A stretch of DNA of 55,051 nt, taken from the IMG/VR virus record IMGVR_UViG_3300029258_001513. One strand, written 5' to 3'. Below the pieces are notes generated by a model. It did not search any database and was not told the DNA's origin. It saw nothing but the letters and a program-made list of their open reading frames with translations. The position numbers and the translations under genes are program-made. The stretch is from an uncultured virus (IMG/VR IMGVR_UViG_3300029258_001513). Its lineage: Duplodnaviria > Heunggongvirae > Uroviricota > Caudoviricetes. Positions 34,631-45,340 of the stretch are shown here, piece after piece (the stretch's first letter is position 1; each line of letters begins with the position of its first letter).

Positions 34631-35764
34631 ATGAGCACACAAAGAATATGCAGAATAGCCTTGGGGCTTGTGGCAAGCACTCGGACTGCGAAAGCCATGA
34701 CACCGGAGGAGCAGACCCGGCGGAAGAAGAAGACCGAATCTGTCCGTAAACTTGCCCAGCAGATACACAAGCTGCGTCGGAAAGTCACGCAGGACATGAA
34801 GTCCGATGACGAGAAGACCCGATTGACGGCTCTGGCGGTTGCCTTGATAGACAGGACAGCGGAACGTGTTGGGAACGAGGAATCTGCGAAGGATGGACAT
34901 GTGGGTGTCACGGGTTTCAAGCGTGGTCAACTCACGGTAGAAGGCAACACTGTTACGTTGAAGTACACGGGCAAGAGTGGAGTGAAGCAGGAGAAGACGT
35001 TCACGGACAAGCTGGTTGCCAAGCTGCTCAAGGAGTGCCGTAACAACTGCAAGGGGGATGAAAGTCCGATTCTGGTCACGTCCGATGGTTTCAAGGTCAA
35101 GGCGGACAAGGTGAACAGGTATCTCCGGGACTTCGATATCACGGCTAAGGACATCCGGGGGTATGCGGCGAACACCCTTGTCTATGATATGCTGAAACGG
35201 AGCAAGACTCCTTCCGACCCGGACGAACGCAAGAAGCAGTTCTGCGAGGTGCTGAAAGCGGTGGCTGAAAAGGTGGGGCATCAGCAGGCGACTCTCAAGA
35301 AACACTATCTGCTTCCGGGGGTCGAGGAGTCTTACGTCAAGAGCGGCAGGGTCAAGAAGGTAAAGAATGCTTCATCTGGGCTGATGGCGGTAAGGCTTGC
35401 CGTGGAGAATGATGGATACTGCCGTATGGTTGTTGAGTACGCCAAGGAAGCCATTCCCGTGTTGGAGGCTGCCTATGAGGAACATATTGGACCGCTTCCG
35501 GCTGTAGTCCGGTTCCGGGTACAGGTCAACGATTGGGATTTGCCGGAGGGGAAGGTGGGTTCGTTTTTGCATCCTGACCCTGAAAATGGCAGGGAAAAGG
35601 GAGTGCTCACGCTGAGTCCTGAGAATTTCCGTTCAGACAAGTGGAAGCAGGTGGTCAAGCACGAGTTGATTCATGCGTTGCTTGGAAAGGATGCACCCGA
35701 ACATGGAGAATTCTTTGATATTCTTGCCAATAGTATGAAGATACCTGTGGAGTACCGAGACTGA
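34631..35764 (+). CDS. DNA topoisomerase IB with C-terminal HExxH domain
   Basis: RVGN, GKSGV, AKDIR, GH..TLKKHY catalytic residues; HELIHALL..H at the C-terminus. Confidence 0.85.
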   Translation: MSTQRICRIALGLVASTRTAKAMTPEEQTRRKKKTESVRKLAQQIHKLRRKVTQDMKSDDEKTRLTALAVALIDRTAERVGNEESAKDGHVGVTGFKRGQLTVEGNTVTLKYTGKSGVKQEKTFTDKLVAKLLKECRNNCKGDESPILVTSDGFKVKADKVNRYLRDFDITAKDIRGYAANTLVYDMLKRSKTPSDPDERKKQFCEVLKAVAEKVGHQQATLKKHYLLPGVEESYVKSGRVKKVKNASSGLMAVRLAVENDGYCRMVVEYAKEAIPVLEAAYEEHIGPLPAVVRFRVQVNDWDLPEGKVGSFLHPDPENGREKGVLTLSPENFRSDKWKQVVKHELIHALLGKDAPEHGEFFDILANSMKIPVEYRD

Positions 35765-36027
35765 TGTTGTGGGCTGTTGGACAACCGAGATACGAGAGCC
35801 CGGAGGGAAGTGGTCTCTGGGTTTGGGATTTTCAGGGTGTCTTCAGTACAGAGGAAAAGGCGATTTGGGCATGTAAGGGTGATGACTGGTATGTTTTCCC
35901 GGTAGAGGTGGACGAGGAGTTGCCGGAAGACCCCGTGTCGGCTCCGGGAGCGTACTATCCGAATCTCGAACGCGAAGAAGGAATTGCGGCTAGGGTGGCA
36001 TCATGGGCGACCTCTATTACAGGCTGA
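35764..36027 (+). CDS. Hypothetical protein
   Basis: WDFQGVFSTEEKA; motif B at 35714-35722 upstream. Confidence 0.65.
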   Translation: MLWAVGQPRYESPEGSGLWVWDFQGVFSTEEKAIWACKGDDWYVFPVEVDEELPEDPVSAPGAYYPNLEREEGIAARVASWATSITG

Positions 36028-36617
36028 AAGATGGAGAGACCTTTCCGGTCGAGCCGGTGGGCACTTTGGCTTCGGAAGGCTGGCTTCCGGGTGCATGGGT
36101 CACGTATGCGGGGACGGCTGTGACGTTTTCCGGGGCTCTTGCTACGGTTGACAGGTCGAATGGTGTTGGTATCCTGACGGGGTTCCTACAGACCGGTCCT
36201 CAGCATAACGTGCCTGTCGAACAACTCAGTGATATGTGGACGACGGATACCCGTCAACGGGACGGGGGCTCCACCAAGGCGGACTGGTCCGGTTTCGATG
36301 CGTCTGCCCGTTTCCAGTTCGATACAAACAGCCAGCTTCAACGTCTTGGAACTCGCATTGTCACGGTGAATGCCCCTCCGACGGGTATTCACAAGTTCTA
36401 TGTTTTCGAGACGGAAGACTTGGCAGAGCGGACAACGCCCGGAACGGGTTCGGCTTTGACCTATTCACCGGGAGATATTCTGTACGTTAGTAATCGGGGT
36501 CGTTTGACAAACGAGCAGGAAACGGTAAATCACAAGTGGACAGGTTATGCTGTTGCGAAGTACGGCAATGATGATGAGGGCAACTACCTTATTGTGGCAG
36601 CCGCAATGGGAGTGTAA
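36003..36617 (+). CDS. Hypothetical (possibly structural) protein
   Basis: 204-aa ORF in the head module. Confidence 0.6.
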   Translation: MGDLYYRLKDGETFPVEPVGTLASEGWLPGAWVTYAGTAVTFSGALATVDRSNGVGILTGFLQTGPQHNVPVEQLSDMWTTDTRQRDGGSTKADWSGFDASARFQFDTNSQLQRLGTRIVTVNAPPTGIHKFYVFETEDLAERTTPGTGSALTYSPGDILYVSNRGRLTNEQETVNHKWTGYAVAKYGNDDEGNYLIVAAAMGV

Positions 36618-36687
36618 CCGTGGAAGACGCAAAGAGTGAGAGTTGAAGACTGACCAGAATTCTGGTCATCCTCTAAAGGAGGGCATT

Positions 36688-37227
36688 ATGAAAGTAGGAG
36701 CGGACATACTTTCGAGCGCAAGAGCCGCCGAAAGCACATTGAGAAGGGAAGAAGTTCGGAATCTTCTCGGTGGGTTGCCAGAGGGTCATCCACTTGAGGA
36801 AGAAGTCGAACGGGTTAAGGCAGAGGTCGGTGGAGACCTTACGGGACTGCCCGAGGACCATCCCCTGATACGGGAACTCAGGGCTGCAAAAGAGAGATAT
36901 GAGCAGGACATAGCCGACGAAACAGAGGAGGCTCAAGAAGAGGCTCGTAAGGTTAGACAGGCTAAGAAAATAGACCGTGCGGAGAAAAGACGACGGGAGA
37001 TTGCCGAGGAAGAGCGGAAGGGTATCGAGCTACGGGACGCCGCAACAGAAGTGAACAAGGGTCTTGATGCCGCGCTGAGTGTCGTGAAGGGGCTGTACGA
37101 GACACTCTCACGTCATGAGGATACTTTGGGAAGAAATCGAATGAATGCGGCGAGAACAGCGAGGTTGAAGCGGCTTTTGTATGCGTTTGAGCGTGGAGCC
37201 TCCGAGAGCAAGATGGGCAGGGTATAA
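36688..37227 (+). CDS. Hypothetical coiled-coil protein
   Basis: AGGAGG RBS; GLPExHPL repeat. Confidence 0.7.
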   Translation: MKVGADILSSARAAESTLRREEVRNLLGGLPEGHPLEEEVERVKAEVGGDLTGLPEDHPLIRELRAAKERYEQDIADETEEAQEEARKVRQAKKIDRAEKRRREIAEEERKGIELRDAATEVNKGLDAALSVVKGLYETLSRHEDTLGRNRMNAARTARLKRLLYAFERGASESKMGRV

Positions 37228-37229
37228 TC

Positions 37230-40200
37230 ATGGCTGATGAAATCAAAAGAACGCCAGTACCGAGCCCTACCAAGGGAGGGGTAAAGAGGCCGGGAGTCAA
37301 GGTTGGCAAGGCTGACCCCGTAAAGGGTCGTATCGCCAAGAAGGCTGTTGGAGCCGGTGGATTCGGGATGCAGAGACAAGCGGGCATGATGCTTGACCTG
37401 TCACAAGACGCCTCGTATTACCAGACTGGCTACGCTCTTGAGAGCTATCGTACTTCGTATGCCTATGGACTGGGCAACCGGACGGGCACGTATGACGTGC
37501 CACGGTATTTCGTCCAGATGAACCAGCAGAACGGCGGTATCCTCTACTGGCCGGTCACTCTCAAAGAACGGTATTCATGGTACCGATACTGGGCACGGTG
37601 CTTTACCAATCCCAATGTGATGATTACCCGTCGAGACGGGACGGAAGCACCTTTGTATTCCTTCAAGCCCGGCGATGAAGTTGTCAATGCCGAGGGTGGA
37701 TTTACGGAGGTTGACGAGGTCACAACTCAGAAATATGAGGGCGAAGTTGTACGTCTCGACGTGGAGGCAAATCGTTGGAACGACTTGGAGGTCACCCCTG
37801 AACATCCGTTCAAGGTGCTTCGTTCGTCTCATATCGTAAGACACCATCATCGGGTCAAGGACGAACAGGGCGTTGAGCATCGGGAAACGAGGGTGGAAAT
37901 TGACTATTCGCCGGAATGGGTGGAAGCCAAGGATATCTGTGTTGGGGACTGCCTTATTGTACCGGGTACAACTATTTGTCCTGACGGACGGTTGTCTGTC
38001 GAGCGTGCAAGACTTGTCGGGTACTACCTTGCAGAAGGGAATGTCAATTTTGACGAGGGAAGACCGAGGGCTGTTACTTGGAGCCTTGGCTCGCATGAGT
38101 CGGACTTGATTGCTGAAATAAAGGCTCTTTGTGTGGCCGAGGTTGGCAAAGAGCCTTCTGAATACAACTACCCGGATAGAGAGTCTTTGACCACTTTGAG
38201 GCTTCACGATTCTGAGTTCGCATCGTGGATGCTTGAGAAGTGCGGCACGGGTTCTCGTTCTAAGAAGTTGTCCTATGACATTTTTCACGCCACTGATGAA
38301 ACCACCAAACATATTGTTGGTTGTTGGCTCAATGGGGATGGGAGCCGAGATAGTGCCGAGGCAGAAGGACAGGTGGACGGCACCACTTGTTCTCAAGATT
38401 TGGCCCATCAGTTGTATTTGATGATGGTTCGTATCGGACTGGCTCCTGCGAAGAGGCACAAGATTTCCTGTCGTTACGGTTCGTCTGAAGAGATTGGCCC
38501 CGCATGGAGAATCTATCTCCCGCCCATGTATGCGAATCAAGTATCGGCGTACACGAAATGGGATGGGGTTCAGAAATCTCATCGTCATAGGAAGTACAAT
38601 CACGTCCATGATGGCACTGGCAATATGCTTTTGCCGGTGAGGGGGGTGTCTAAGAGGTATTTCGATGGTTTGATTTGGAACCTCTCGACTCGTGGGGAAT
38701 CCTACGACGAGAGAACATTCCTCGTCTATGGGATGGCCACGCACAACACCGATGCCTACATCGGTCGGGCGTTGGAACTCCTTTCCGATTTGCCCATGTC
38801 GAAGCTCACTCTGACGATGCCAAAAGTCACGAAGAAGCTCGACAAGAAGAAGCGGGAAAGCATTCTGCGGTTCTTCAAATACCAGATGGAGGTTATTGGC
38901 GGGTTCGAGACCTGTCAGAGCATCCTCTGGGAGTGGAACATGATAGGGAACTGCTTCAAGGGTGACACACAAATCCTTACTCCAGAGGGGATTGTACCAA
39001 TCTCAGATATAAGAGAAGGTGATAAGGTTCTTGACGCATCTGGAGAGTTTTCACAAGTGGTAAAAATCGCGAGGAGGACGGTATCAGAACGTCTAGTCTC
39101 CATCGGCGTTGCAGGTATGAATGGTGTGGATTTCTCTCCGACGAATGAACATCCAGTATTCATTCTCAGAGGAGAAGACGAGTGTATGGTGAAGTCGGAG
39201 GAAGTAAGAAGGGGTGATTGGATAGGTGTTGCATCCAAAATCGAGACAAGAGATGTTGATATTGTAAATTGGCGCGATGATGTATCTAGTAGACTATCTG
39301 CGTTCTATAAGTCTGTTAATTCAGATAGTAATAGCACTGTTTGCTCTTACGAGATTCCTACGGGAACAAATGTGGGAACGAATGAGGTTAGAAGTGCACT
39401 TTTGTCTTGGTTGTCAGGATTGGACGAACCTGTTGTGATGGACTGTGCAGAGGTAGCACTTGAGATTGGTATTTCTGATTCGGTTCGAGTAAGGTCCGTT
39501 GCTTATGCTCTTCGTAAGAGGGGAGATATTAGAGCAGATAGAACAAGTAAGGGTCGCATAGGTGGAAGCTCCATAAGATGGTTTCCTCTGGAGTCTGAAC
39601 CTGAATATGGACATACGAGGGATAAAACAATAAGTTTCTCTCAAACTTCAAATACTTCATTTGATGTAGATGAAGACTTTATGTATTTGCTTGGTTATTG
39701 GCTAGGAGACGGTTGTCTTTGGAGGTCAAAGAACAAGTTTTCAAAGGAGTTTGAAGGTCTCGATATCTGCATATCGGAGAAAGAGTCTGAATTATTTAAG
39801 CGTGTTGATTCAGTAGCTCGTAGCGTGTTCGGGTGTGACGCTGTAACGAATGAACCCTTTATTGATGACTCAATGAATCATATTGTGGTGGCTGACCCTT
39901 TGATGTCATCTTGGTGGTCAACACAATTCGGTTGTGGATGTAAGACTAAAAAGATACCGGGATGGGTAATGCAGCTTCCAGAAGAGAAGCTGCTTTGGCT
40001 ACTTCGTGGAATGATTGACAGTGATGGGTATGTATCTGTTCGCGAGTCGGGTGGCATTGCTGCTATGGTTGGTACAAACAAAGAGCTTATGTTGCAATTG
40101 TTCCATATCATGCTTTCTTGCGATATTCCTGCTTTATTTAGTAAGCAGAAGGGAAGAAGGCAGGGGAAGACGAGCATCGTCAGGACGGAATCTTCCGATA

Positions 40201-41825
40201 TGTACGTGGTAAGTATTGGAGTTCGGGGGTATTTTGAAAAACTGGTCAAGGGGTGTCATAAGGAGACTATTGTTGAATGGTCAGAAATGGAATCCGTCAA
40301 TCCTACATTCAGAAAAAAGGATGGCTTTTATTACTACCGTGTGGACTCTGTGGATAGGCCATTCTATTCGGGGTATGTCTATAACTTTGAGGTAAAGGGT
40401 AGTCATACCTATTGCGCTAACGGGATTCGCACTCATAACTGTTATATGTTCCACGAGTGGGACGATGAGAAGAAAATGTGGAGTCGGGCGGTCATGCTTC
40501 CTCCCGAGGAAGTTGGTGTTTTTGATTACCCGTTCCAGCAGAACAAGCGTGTCGAGTATCGTCCCGAGCGGCTTATCAAGCTGATTAAGGACAGTGTCGT
40601 ACATGGTACTGGAACGGGGGAGGCTTCGCAGGTTCCGGGAGCGAGTACGGAGTGCGACCGGGCTGACATGCCCTCAAAGATTCTTGAGGGTATCCCGGAC
40701 GAACTCGTGGATATGGTGAGGAATGAGGGTTGTATCGTCATGGATTCCGACCCCATGACCGGCTCTTTTGTTCACCACATTGCACGTCGCAAGTCGCCCT
40801 ACATGGATTTGGGAGCATCGGTTCTTGAGCGTGTGCTTGTTCCCATGCTTCAGAAGGAGCACTTCCGCTATACGCAACTCTCGCTGGCTTCCCGGAACAT
40901 GACGCCGAAGAATATCGTGACGGCTCCGGGACTTCTTCGGGATGAACTGGATGACCTGCGGACACAGGTTGACCTGAGCTATCTTGACCCCGAGTACACC
41001 ATTGTTACCAACTACGAGGTGACATGGGAACAGATTGGGGCTCAGGACAGGCTGCTTGACCTTGACAGGGAGTATGAACGTATCGAGCGTGAGGTTTTCG
41101 CGGCAATGGGGGTCACTCGCGAGTTGTTGACTGGTGAGAGCACGTACAGTGGCAGCAAAATCACGGTCGATATCCTGAACACAATGTTCTTGCTCACCCG
41201 CGAAGTGCTCCAGAACTACATCGAGCGTAGTTTGTTCCTTCCGATTTGCGAGGCACACGGCTGGTATGACGAGGACGAGAACGGTATCAAGGAATACTGG
41301 TATCCGAAGGTTGGCTTCAACCGTCTGACCATTCGTGATAACGCGGAAGTCTTCGATTCGCTGTTCCAGCTTTACCAGAAGGGCAGCATCCCCGTGGACA
41401 TCATCTACGAGTTGTTCAATCTCAACTCTGACGAGATTGATTCTAAGCTCATGGAAGACCTGTTCAGCGTCAAGGATGCCAACTTCAACCGCATCATCGA
41501 GGAAGCCAGTGGCGAGATTGGACGGGTCATTGTGGAAAACAGTGACCTTGCGGAAAAGGTTGCCAGATATCTTGGTCTGCAATACCAGAAGCCTGCCGAG
41601 GAAGGGGAAGAGGGTGATGGCGGCTTCGGTGGCGGCTTCGGTGGCGGCTTCGGTGAAGAGGAACAAGGCGGGGAAGAAGATGAGGGTGGCTTCGGAGAGC
41701 AGTCTGGTGGTTTGTCCGAGGACGATGCCGAATCCATGGCTCAGACCATCATGGAGAATCTCCCCGGAGACGCGACCATGGAAGACGCTGAGCGTATTGT
41801 GGAGGAAGTGGGAGCAAGTGTGTAA
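37230..41825 (+). CDS. Portal protein with two inteins
   Basis: Extein has ALELLSDLPMS, EWNMIGN|CY, HIARRKSPY..GAS, AAMGV..LL.GE.TYS; acidic Gly-rich tail; near TerL. Confidence 0.75.
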   Translation: MADEIKRTPVPSPTKGGVKRPGVKVGKADPVKGRIAKKAVGAGGFGMQRQAGMMLDLSQDASYYQTGYALESYRTSYAYGLGNRTGTYDVPRYFVQMNQQNGGILYWPVTLKERYSWYRYWARCFTNPNVMITRRDGTEAPLYSFKPGDEVVNAEGGFTEVDEVTTQKYEGEVVRLDVEANRWNDLEVTPEHPFKVLRSSHIVRHHHRVKDEQGVEHRETRVEIDYSPEWVEAKDICVGDCLIVPGTTICPDGRLSVERARLVGYYLAEGNVNFDEGRPRAVTWSLGSHESDLIAEIKALCVAEVGKEPSEYNYPDRESLTTLRLHDSEFASWMLEKCGTGSRSKKLSYDIFHATDETTKHIVGCWLNGDGSRDSAEAEGQVDGTTCSQDLAHQLYLMMVRIGLAPAKRHKISCRYGSSEEIGPAWRIYLPPMYANQVSAYTKWDGVQKSHRHRKYNHVHDGTGNMLLPVRGVSKRYFDGLIWNLSTRGESYDERTFLVYGMATHNTDAYIGRALELLSDLPMSKLTLTMPKVTKKLDKKKRESILRFFKYQMEVIGGFETCQSILWEWNMIGNCFKGDTQILTPEGIVPISDIREGDKVLDASGEFSQVVKIARRTVSERLVSIGVAGMNGVDFSPTNEHPVFILRGEDECMVKSEEVRRGDWIGVASKIETRDVDIVNWRDDVSSRLSAFYKSVNSDSNSTVCSYEIPTGTNVGTNEVRSALLSWLSGLDEPVVMDCAEVALEIGISDSVRVRSVAYALRKRGDIRADRTSKGRIGGSSIRWFPLESEPEYGHTRDKTISFSQTSNTSFDVDEDFMYLLGYWLGDGCLWRSKNKFSKEFEGLDICISEKESELFKRVDSVARSVFGCDAVTNEPFIDDSMNHIVVADPLMSSWWSTQFGCGCKTKKIPGWVMQLPEEKLLWLLRGMIDSDGYVSVRESGGIAAMVGTNKELMLQLFHIMLSCDIPALFSKQKGRRQGKTSIVRTESSDMYVVSIGVRGYFEKLVKGCHKETIVEWSEMESVNPTFRKKDGFYYYRVDSVDRPFYSGYVYNFEVKGSHTYCANGIRTHNCYMFHEWDDEKKMWSRAVMLPPEEVGVFDYPFQQNKRVEYRPERLIKLIKDSVVHGTGTGEASQVPGASTECDRADMPSKILEGIPDELVDMVRNEGCIVMDSDPMTGSFVHHIARRKSPYMDLGASVLERVLVPMLQKEHFRYTQLSLASRNMTPKNIVTAPGLLRDELDDLRTQVDLSYLDPEYTIVTNYEVTWEQIGAQDRLLDLDREYERIEREVFAAMGVTRELLTGESTYSGSKITVDILNTMFLLTREVLQNYIERSLFLPICEAHGWYDEDENGIKEYWYPKVGFNRLTIRDNAEVFDSLFQLYQKGSIPVDIIYELFNLNSDEIDSKLMEDLFSVKDANFNRIIEEASGEIGRVIVENSDLAEKVARYLGLQYQKPAEEGEEGDGGFGGGFGGGFGEEEQGGEEDEGGFGEQSGGLSEDDAESMAQTIMENLPGDATMEDAERIVEEVGASV
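37599..38747 (+). mobile_element. Intein with LAGLIDADG endonuclease
   Basis: CFTNP...TPEHP...LVGYYLAEG...WLNGDG...ATHN|T. Confidence 0.9.
38952..40439 (+). mobile_element. Intein with LAGLIDADG endonuclease
   Basis: CFKGDT...TNEHP...LLGYWLGDG...LLRGMIDSDG...RTHN|C; AT-rich. Confidence 0.9.
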
Positions 41826-44323
41826 TGCCGCTTAGTGACGAACAGGTAAAAGAAATCGCCCAGAAGGTAATCCAAGGATTGCCCAAGAAGGACGAGTCTG
41901 CCCCTGAATCGCCGGAGTCGGAGGGGTCACAGACCGAGGCACCCGAGGGTGAGATTGCCTTGTTCGACGAGCCTGACCGGGAAGGGTCTATTTCTTCCCG
42001 GTTGGTGGCTAGTTACTTGCGTCAAGCTATTCTCTTTGACACGGAAGAGGAACTGAAGACCTATCTCAAGCAGCATCCCGATGCGGACAAGTCAAGGCAT
42101 CATGTCAAGCCGCAGGTGAAAAAGGGTCCGGGGGTGGAAACGGAATCCAAGGGAGGAAAGCCCGGAGAGTCAGAGCCCGGAGAGAAGAAGCCTGTAAAAC
42201 AACCCGAGCCCGGAGAGAAGAAGCCGGAAGACGGTGTGTCGGGCGACAGGAAGCCGATAACTGGTCCCCAGCATGAGATTTCGTTGGAGGATGTCGTCAA
42301 AGACCCCGAAAATTGGGCAACTCACTCTATCCATAAGAGCCAGTTGACGCCCGGAGTGGTTGTGCATTTCCCCGGCGGGGAGTCCAAGAAGTATGGCGAC
42401 CTGTCGGACGATGAGAAGGAACGGGTCGATAAAGCCATCGCGGACGGCAAAGCTGCCAGCAAGGGTCTCAATGACTATTCCGACCGCAGCATGAAAACCG
42501 TGAAGGCTAATATGCAGCGGAATCTGGCTCGTTATGAGAACCCGGACGTGGAAGAAACAAAGAACACCAGCCGGGAGCCCTTGACAAAGGACAATGCAGA
42601 GGAGTTCTCGCGTTCACTTCTGGATAATGCCCACAGCGTCTTGGATAAGTATGCTTCTTCGATGTCCAGTGTTTCGCGTCCGATGATGGATAAGTACGTT
42701 GAGAACGTCGTGGGCTCGGTCTATGAGGCTGCCAGCGATGGTTCTTTGGGCGAGGTAAGTCAGGCTGACCTTGATGAGTTTGTCCGGGAGGATTTGAAGC
42801 GGATGATTCATCAGGAGATTGAGACGAGACGGCGTTCGCTTGGGGACCACGGGATACGTCATGCCGCAACGAATGCAGAGAACAGTGTCGCCATGTTGGA
42901 CCAGCTTCAAGGGGCGGGTCTTCCCATTTCCGGCAGAGACAAGTTGATGGCTCTGAGCATTCAGGCGAATCATGACTTGGGATACACGTCGGGTGACATC
43001 GCCACGGATGTCAAGTCGAGCAAGCAGCATCGTGGTCATTCAGAAGTCCTGATGCGTGAGGAGCCGGAACGGTACAAGGCTATCTTTGGTGACGTGGGTG
43101 CGGAAAGCATGGCTCACATAACCGGAACGCATGATGAGAATGACATTGATTGGGAGGAACAGCCTGTTGCTTCTGCGGTGCGGTTGGCTGATTCCACGGC
43201 TTTGTTTGGTAAGGAGAAGGTGCAAGACCTGTTCATTCGTTCGCCGAAGGCTATGAACCTTGCTTGCAAGATGAGACTGGCGGCTGAGGCTGATCCCGGC
43301 AACGATGATTTGCAGAAAGGTATCAAGAAGCAGATGCACGATACCATTGACGAGGGCGATTTTGACGACGAGGACAAGGAACTGCTTCATCGTCAGGTTG
43401 ACGAAATGACCGAGAAGGGATTCAGCACAACAACGGACATCCTGAGCCGATTCAGTGGTCGCATCAAGGGGTTCAACTACGATGCCGACAGCAAGGTGAT
43501 GTCCGTGAATATGGCGTATTCTCCCGAGGGGCAGACGGTTGACATGCTTTTCGGTGACAAGGTGGCAGGCAAGCAGTTCAAGAAGTTCGTTGAGGATATG
43601 GGTGGCGAGCCTGTGGATGGGAAAAGAGGGAATGTCGAGTTTGAGAGCAATGGTAAGCCTGCTTTTCGTCTCAACATGGAAGGGGCGGACGAAGACCCGA
43701 TTGACAGTGCCACAACGGACCAGATGAAGGAGTTCACGGAAAAAACGGCTCGCATGGAAATCATGAAGGCTCGTTCCGGGATTCTTCCCCCTCCCGAGAT
43801 GGTCAGGGAAAGTGTGGATGAGTCGTTCGAGTTCCTGAAAAAGTCCAAGTCCAAGTTCACGGACGAGGAATGGAAGAAGATGGAGGAACTGTTCAAGAAG
43901 TACGCCAACGAGCCAGAACGCATTATCGAAGAATTAGCACACTGGCCTTTGCTTGAATTTGAGAGGGCGTATCTTGAGGGCAAGGTCGCTCGCATTGTGG
44001 ATAGCATCGTTGCCGCCTTCCGGGTTGAGGATTTAGCAGCGGAGTTTTCACGGAAGGGCATCGTATTTCATCGTCGTTTTCAGGTCGGCGGGGAATCATT
44101 CCCGGAGGTGTTGGATGTTTCCAAGGAAGTCGGGACAGACTTTCGCCGGGATGTCGTGAGACTGCTCAGAATGTCAGGGATAAGAGGGCGACTGGGTGTT
44201 TGGCAGCACAGGACTGATTCGCGGGGTCATTATGTAGCTGTGTTGTTTGTCCCGCAAGAGGGTGTGAGTGACGAGTTAGCCGATGTCTTGAAGGACATGG
44301 GCGTTGAAGTGGAAGGAGCGTAG
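41825..44323 (+). CDS. Large protein with HD-like phosphohydrolase domain
   Basis: DHGIRH..NHDLGY..H..THD..LAD. Confidence 0.6.
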   Translation: MPLSDEQVKEIAQKVIQGLPKKDESAPESPESEGSQTEAPEGEIALFDEPDREGSISSRLVASYLRQAILFDTEEELKTYLKQHPDADKSRHHVKPQVKKGPGVETESKGGKPGESEPGEKKPVKQPEPGEKKPEDGVSGDRKPITGPQHEISLEDVVKDPENWATHSIHKSQLTPGVVVHFPGGESKKYGDLSDDEKERVDKAIADGKAASKGLNDYSDRSMKTVKANMQRNLARYENPDVEETKNTSREPLTKDNAEEFSRSLLDNAHSVLDKYASSMSSVSRPMMDKYVENVVGSVYEAASDGSLGEVSQADLDEFVREDLKRMIHQEIETRRRSLGDHGIRHAATNAENSVAMLDQLQGAGLPISGRDKLMALSIQANHDLGYTSGDIATDVKSSKQHRGHSEVLMREEPERYKAIFGDVGAESMAHITGTHDENDIDWEEQPVASAVRLADSTALFGKEKVQDLFIRSPKAMNLACKMRLAAEADPGNDDLQKGIKKQMHDTIDEGDFDDEDKELLHRQVDEMTEKGFSTTTDILSRFSGRIKGFNYDADSKVMSVNMAYSPEGQTVDMLFGDKVAGKQFKKFVEDMGGEPVDGKRGNVEFESNGKPAFRLNMEGADEDPIDSATTDQMKEFTEKTARMEIMKARSGILPPPEMVRESVDESFEFLKKSKSKFTDEEWKKMEELFKKYANEPERIIEELAHWPLLEFERAYLEGKVARIVDSIVAAFRVEDLAAEFSRKGIVFHRRFQVGGESFPEVLDVSKEVGTDFRRDVVRLLRMSGIRGRLGVWQHRTDSRGHYVAVLFVPQEGVSDELADVLKDMGVEVEGA

Positions 44324-44325
44324 CT

Positions 44326-45312
44326 ATGTCAAAAGACGTGATAGAGAGAATAATAACGGCATCGGTTCAGTCGAATCCGGTTTTTCTGCGTTTCGCTCAG
44401 TTGTCTGACGAGGACAAGCAGCGGGTTATGGACTTGGTGAAGCAGAAGGTCGAGAACAAGGGAACAGGCGAAGAGGAATCAACCGAGCAGGAAACCGAGG
44501 AATCGACCGAACAGGAAACCGAGGAACCTGCGAAGACTGAGGAATCGGAGGAACAGGAAGTCGGCGAAAAGCCCATGGAGGATGCTACTTCTCAGGACGA
44601 GGAAGAAGCTGAGGGGACTGATACGTCTGATAGTGATGCAGAGGTAGATTCGCAGTCTCCGGCGGCTGATGAACCGGAAGAACAGGAATCCGTTGAAGCC
44701 CCATCTGGTGATGATGAGGAGGGGTCTCCGGCTCTGACCGACATTGTGAATGGAATCGCCGAGGAAATCGAGACCATCAAGAAGGACAACAAGGTTACGC
44801 CGACCGAGGTGATGGGTCTCATGGACAACATGGTACGGATGGTTACGGAGCTTCTTAGAGCCAAGCCGGGTCGTGTTCGTCGCAGTTCAATGCTCACACG
44901 TCGTGAAGCCATTATTGCCGAGCGGTTGATTCGGGAAGACAAAATCATAAGGGAAATCAATGCCGGGCACAGCTATGCCTTGGAGCGGCTTACCTTGGAC
45001 GTGGAAGGATGGCAGCCTCTCAACATTGATGTGTTGCGGGCTATTGACCGGACGTGGTTTGACGCCAAGGACGACGAAGGTGAGGACATTGAAGGTCGCA
45101 TGAACTCTGTGCGGTATGAGCGTGTGGACCCGAGGGGTCCGTTGACGTACCAGCAAGAGAAAGAGATGAAGCGGCAACGCAAGTCTCCCATCCAGCGGCT
45201 TACCGGCACCATCCCGCAAGGTTCTATGCGTGAGGCTGTCAAGGCGATTGGCAAGATGCTCCGGCAGAAGTTTGACCTCAAGATTGTGGATTACGGGATA
45301 AAGAGGCTGTAG
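44326..45312 (+). CDS. Hypothetical acidic protein
   Basis: EESTEQET tandem repeat; 328 aa. Confidence 0.7.
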   Translation: MSKDVIERIITASVQSNPVFLRFAQLSDEDKQRVMDLVKQKVENKGTGEEESTEQETEESTEQETEEPAKTEESEEQEVGEKPMEDATSQDEEEAEGTDTSDSDAEVDSQSPAADEPEEQESVEAPSGDDEEGSPALTDIVNGIAEEIETIKKDNKVTPTEVMGLMDNMVRMVTELLRAKPGRVRRSSMLTRREAIIAERLIREDKIIREINAGHSYALERLTLDVEGWQPLNIDVLRAIDRTWFDAKDDEGEDIEGRMNSVRYERVDPRGPLTYQQEKEMKRQRKSPIQRLTGTIPQGSMREAVKAIGKMLRQKFDLKIVDYGIKRL

Positions 45313-45340
45313 GGCGGTAATCCGGGTTGATTGGGTGGCG

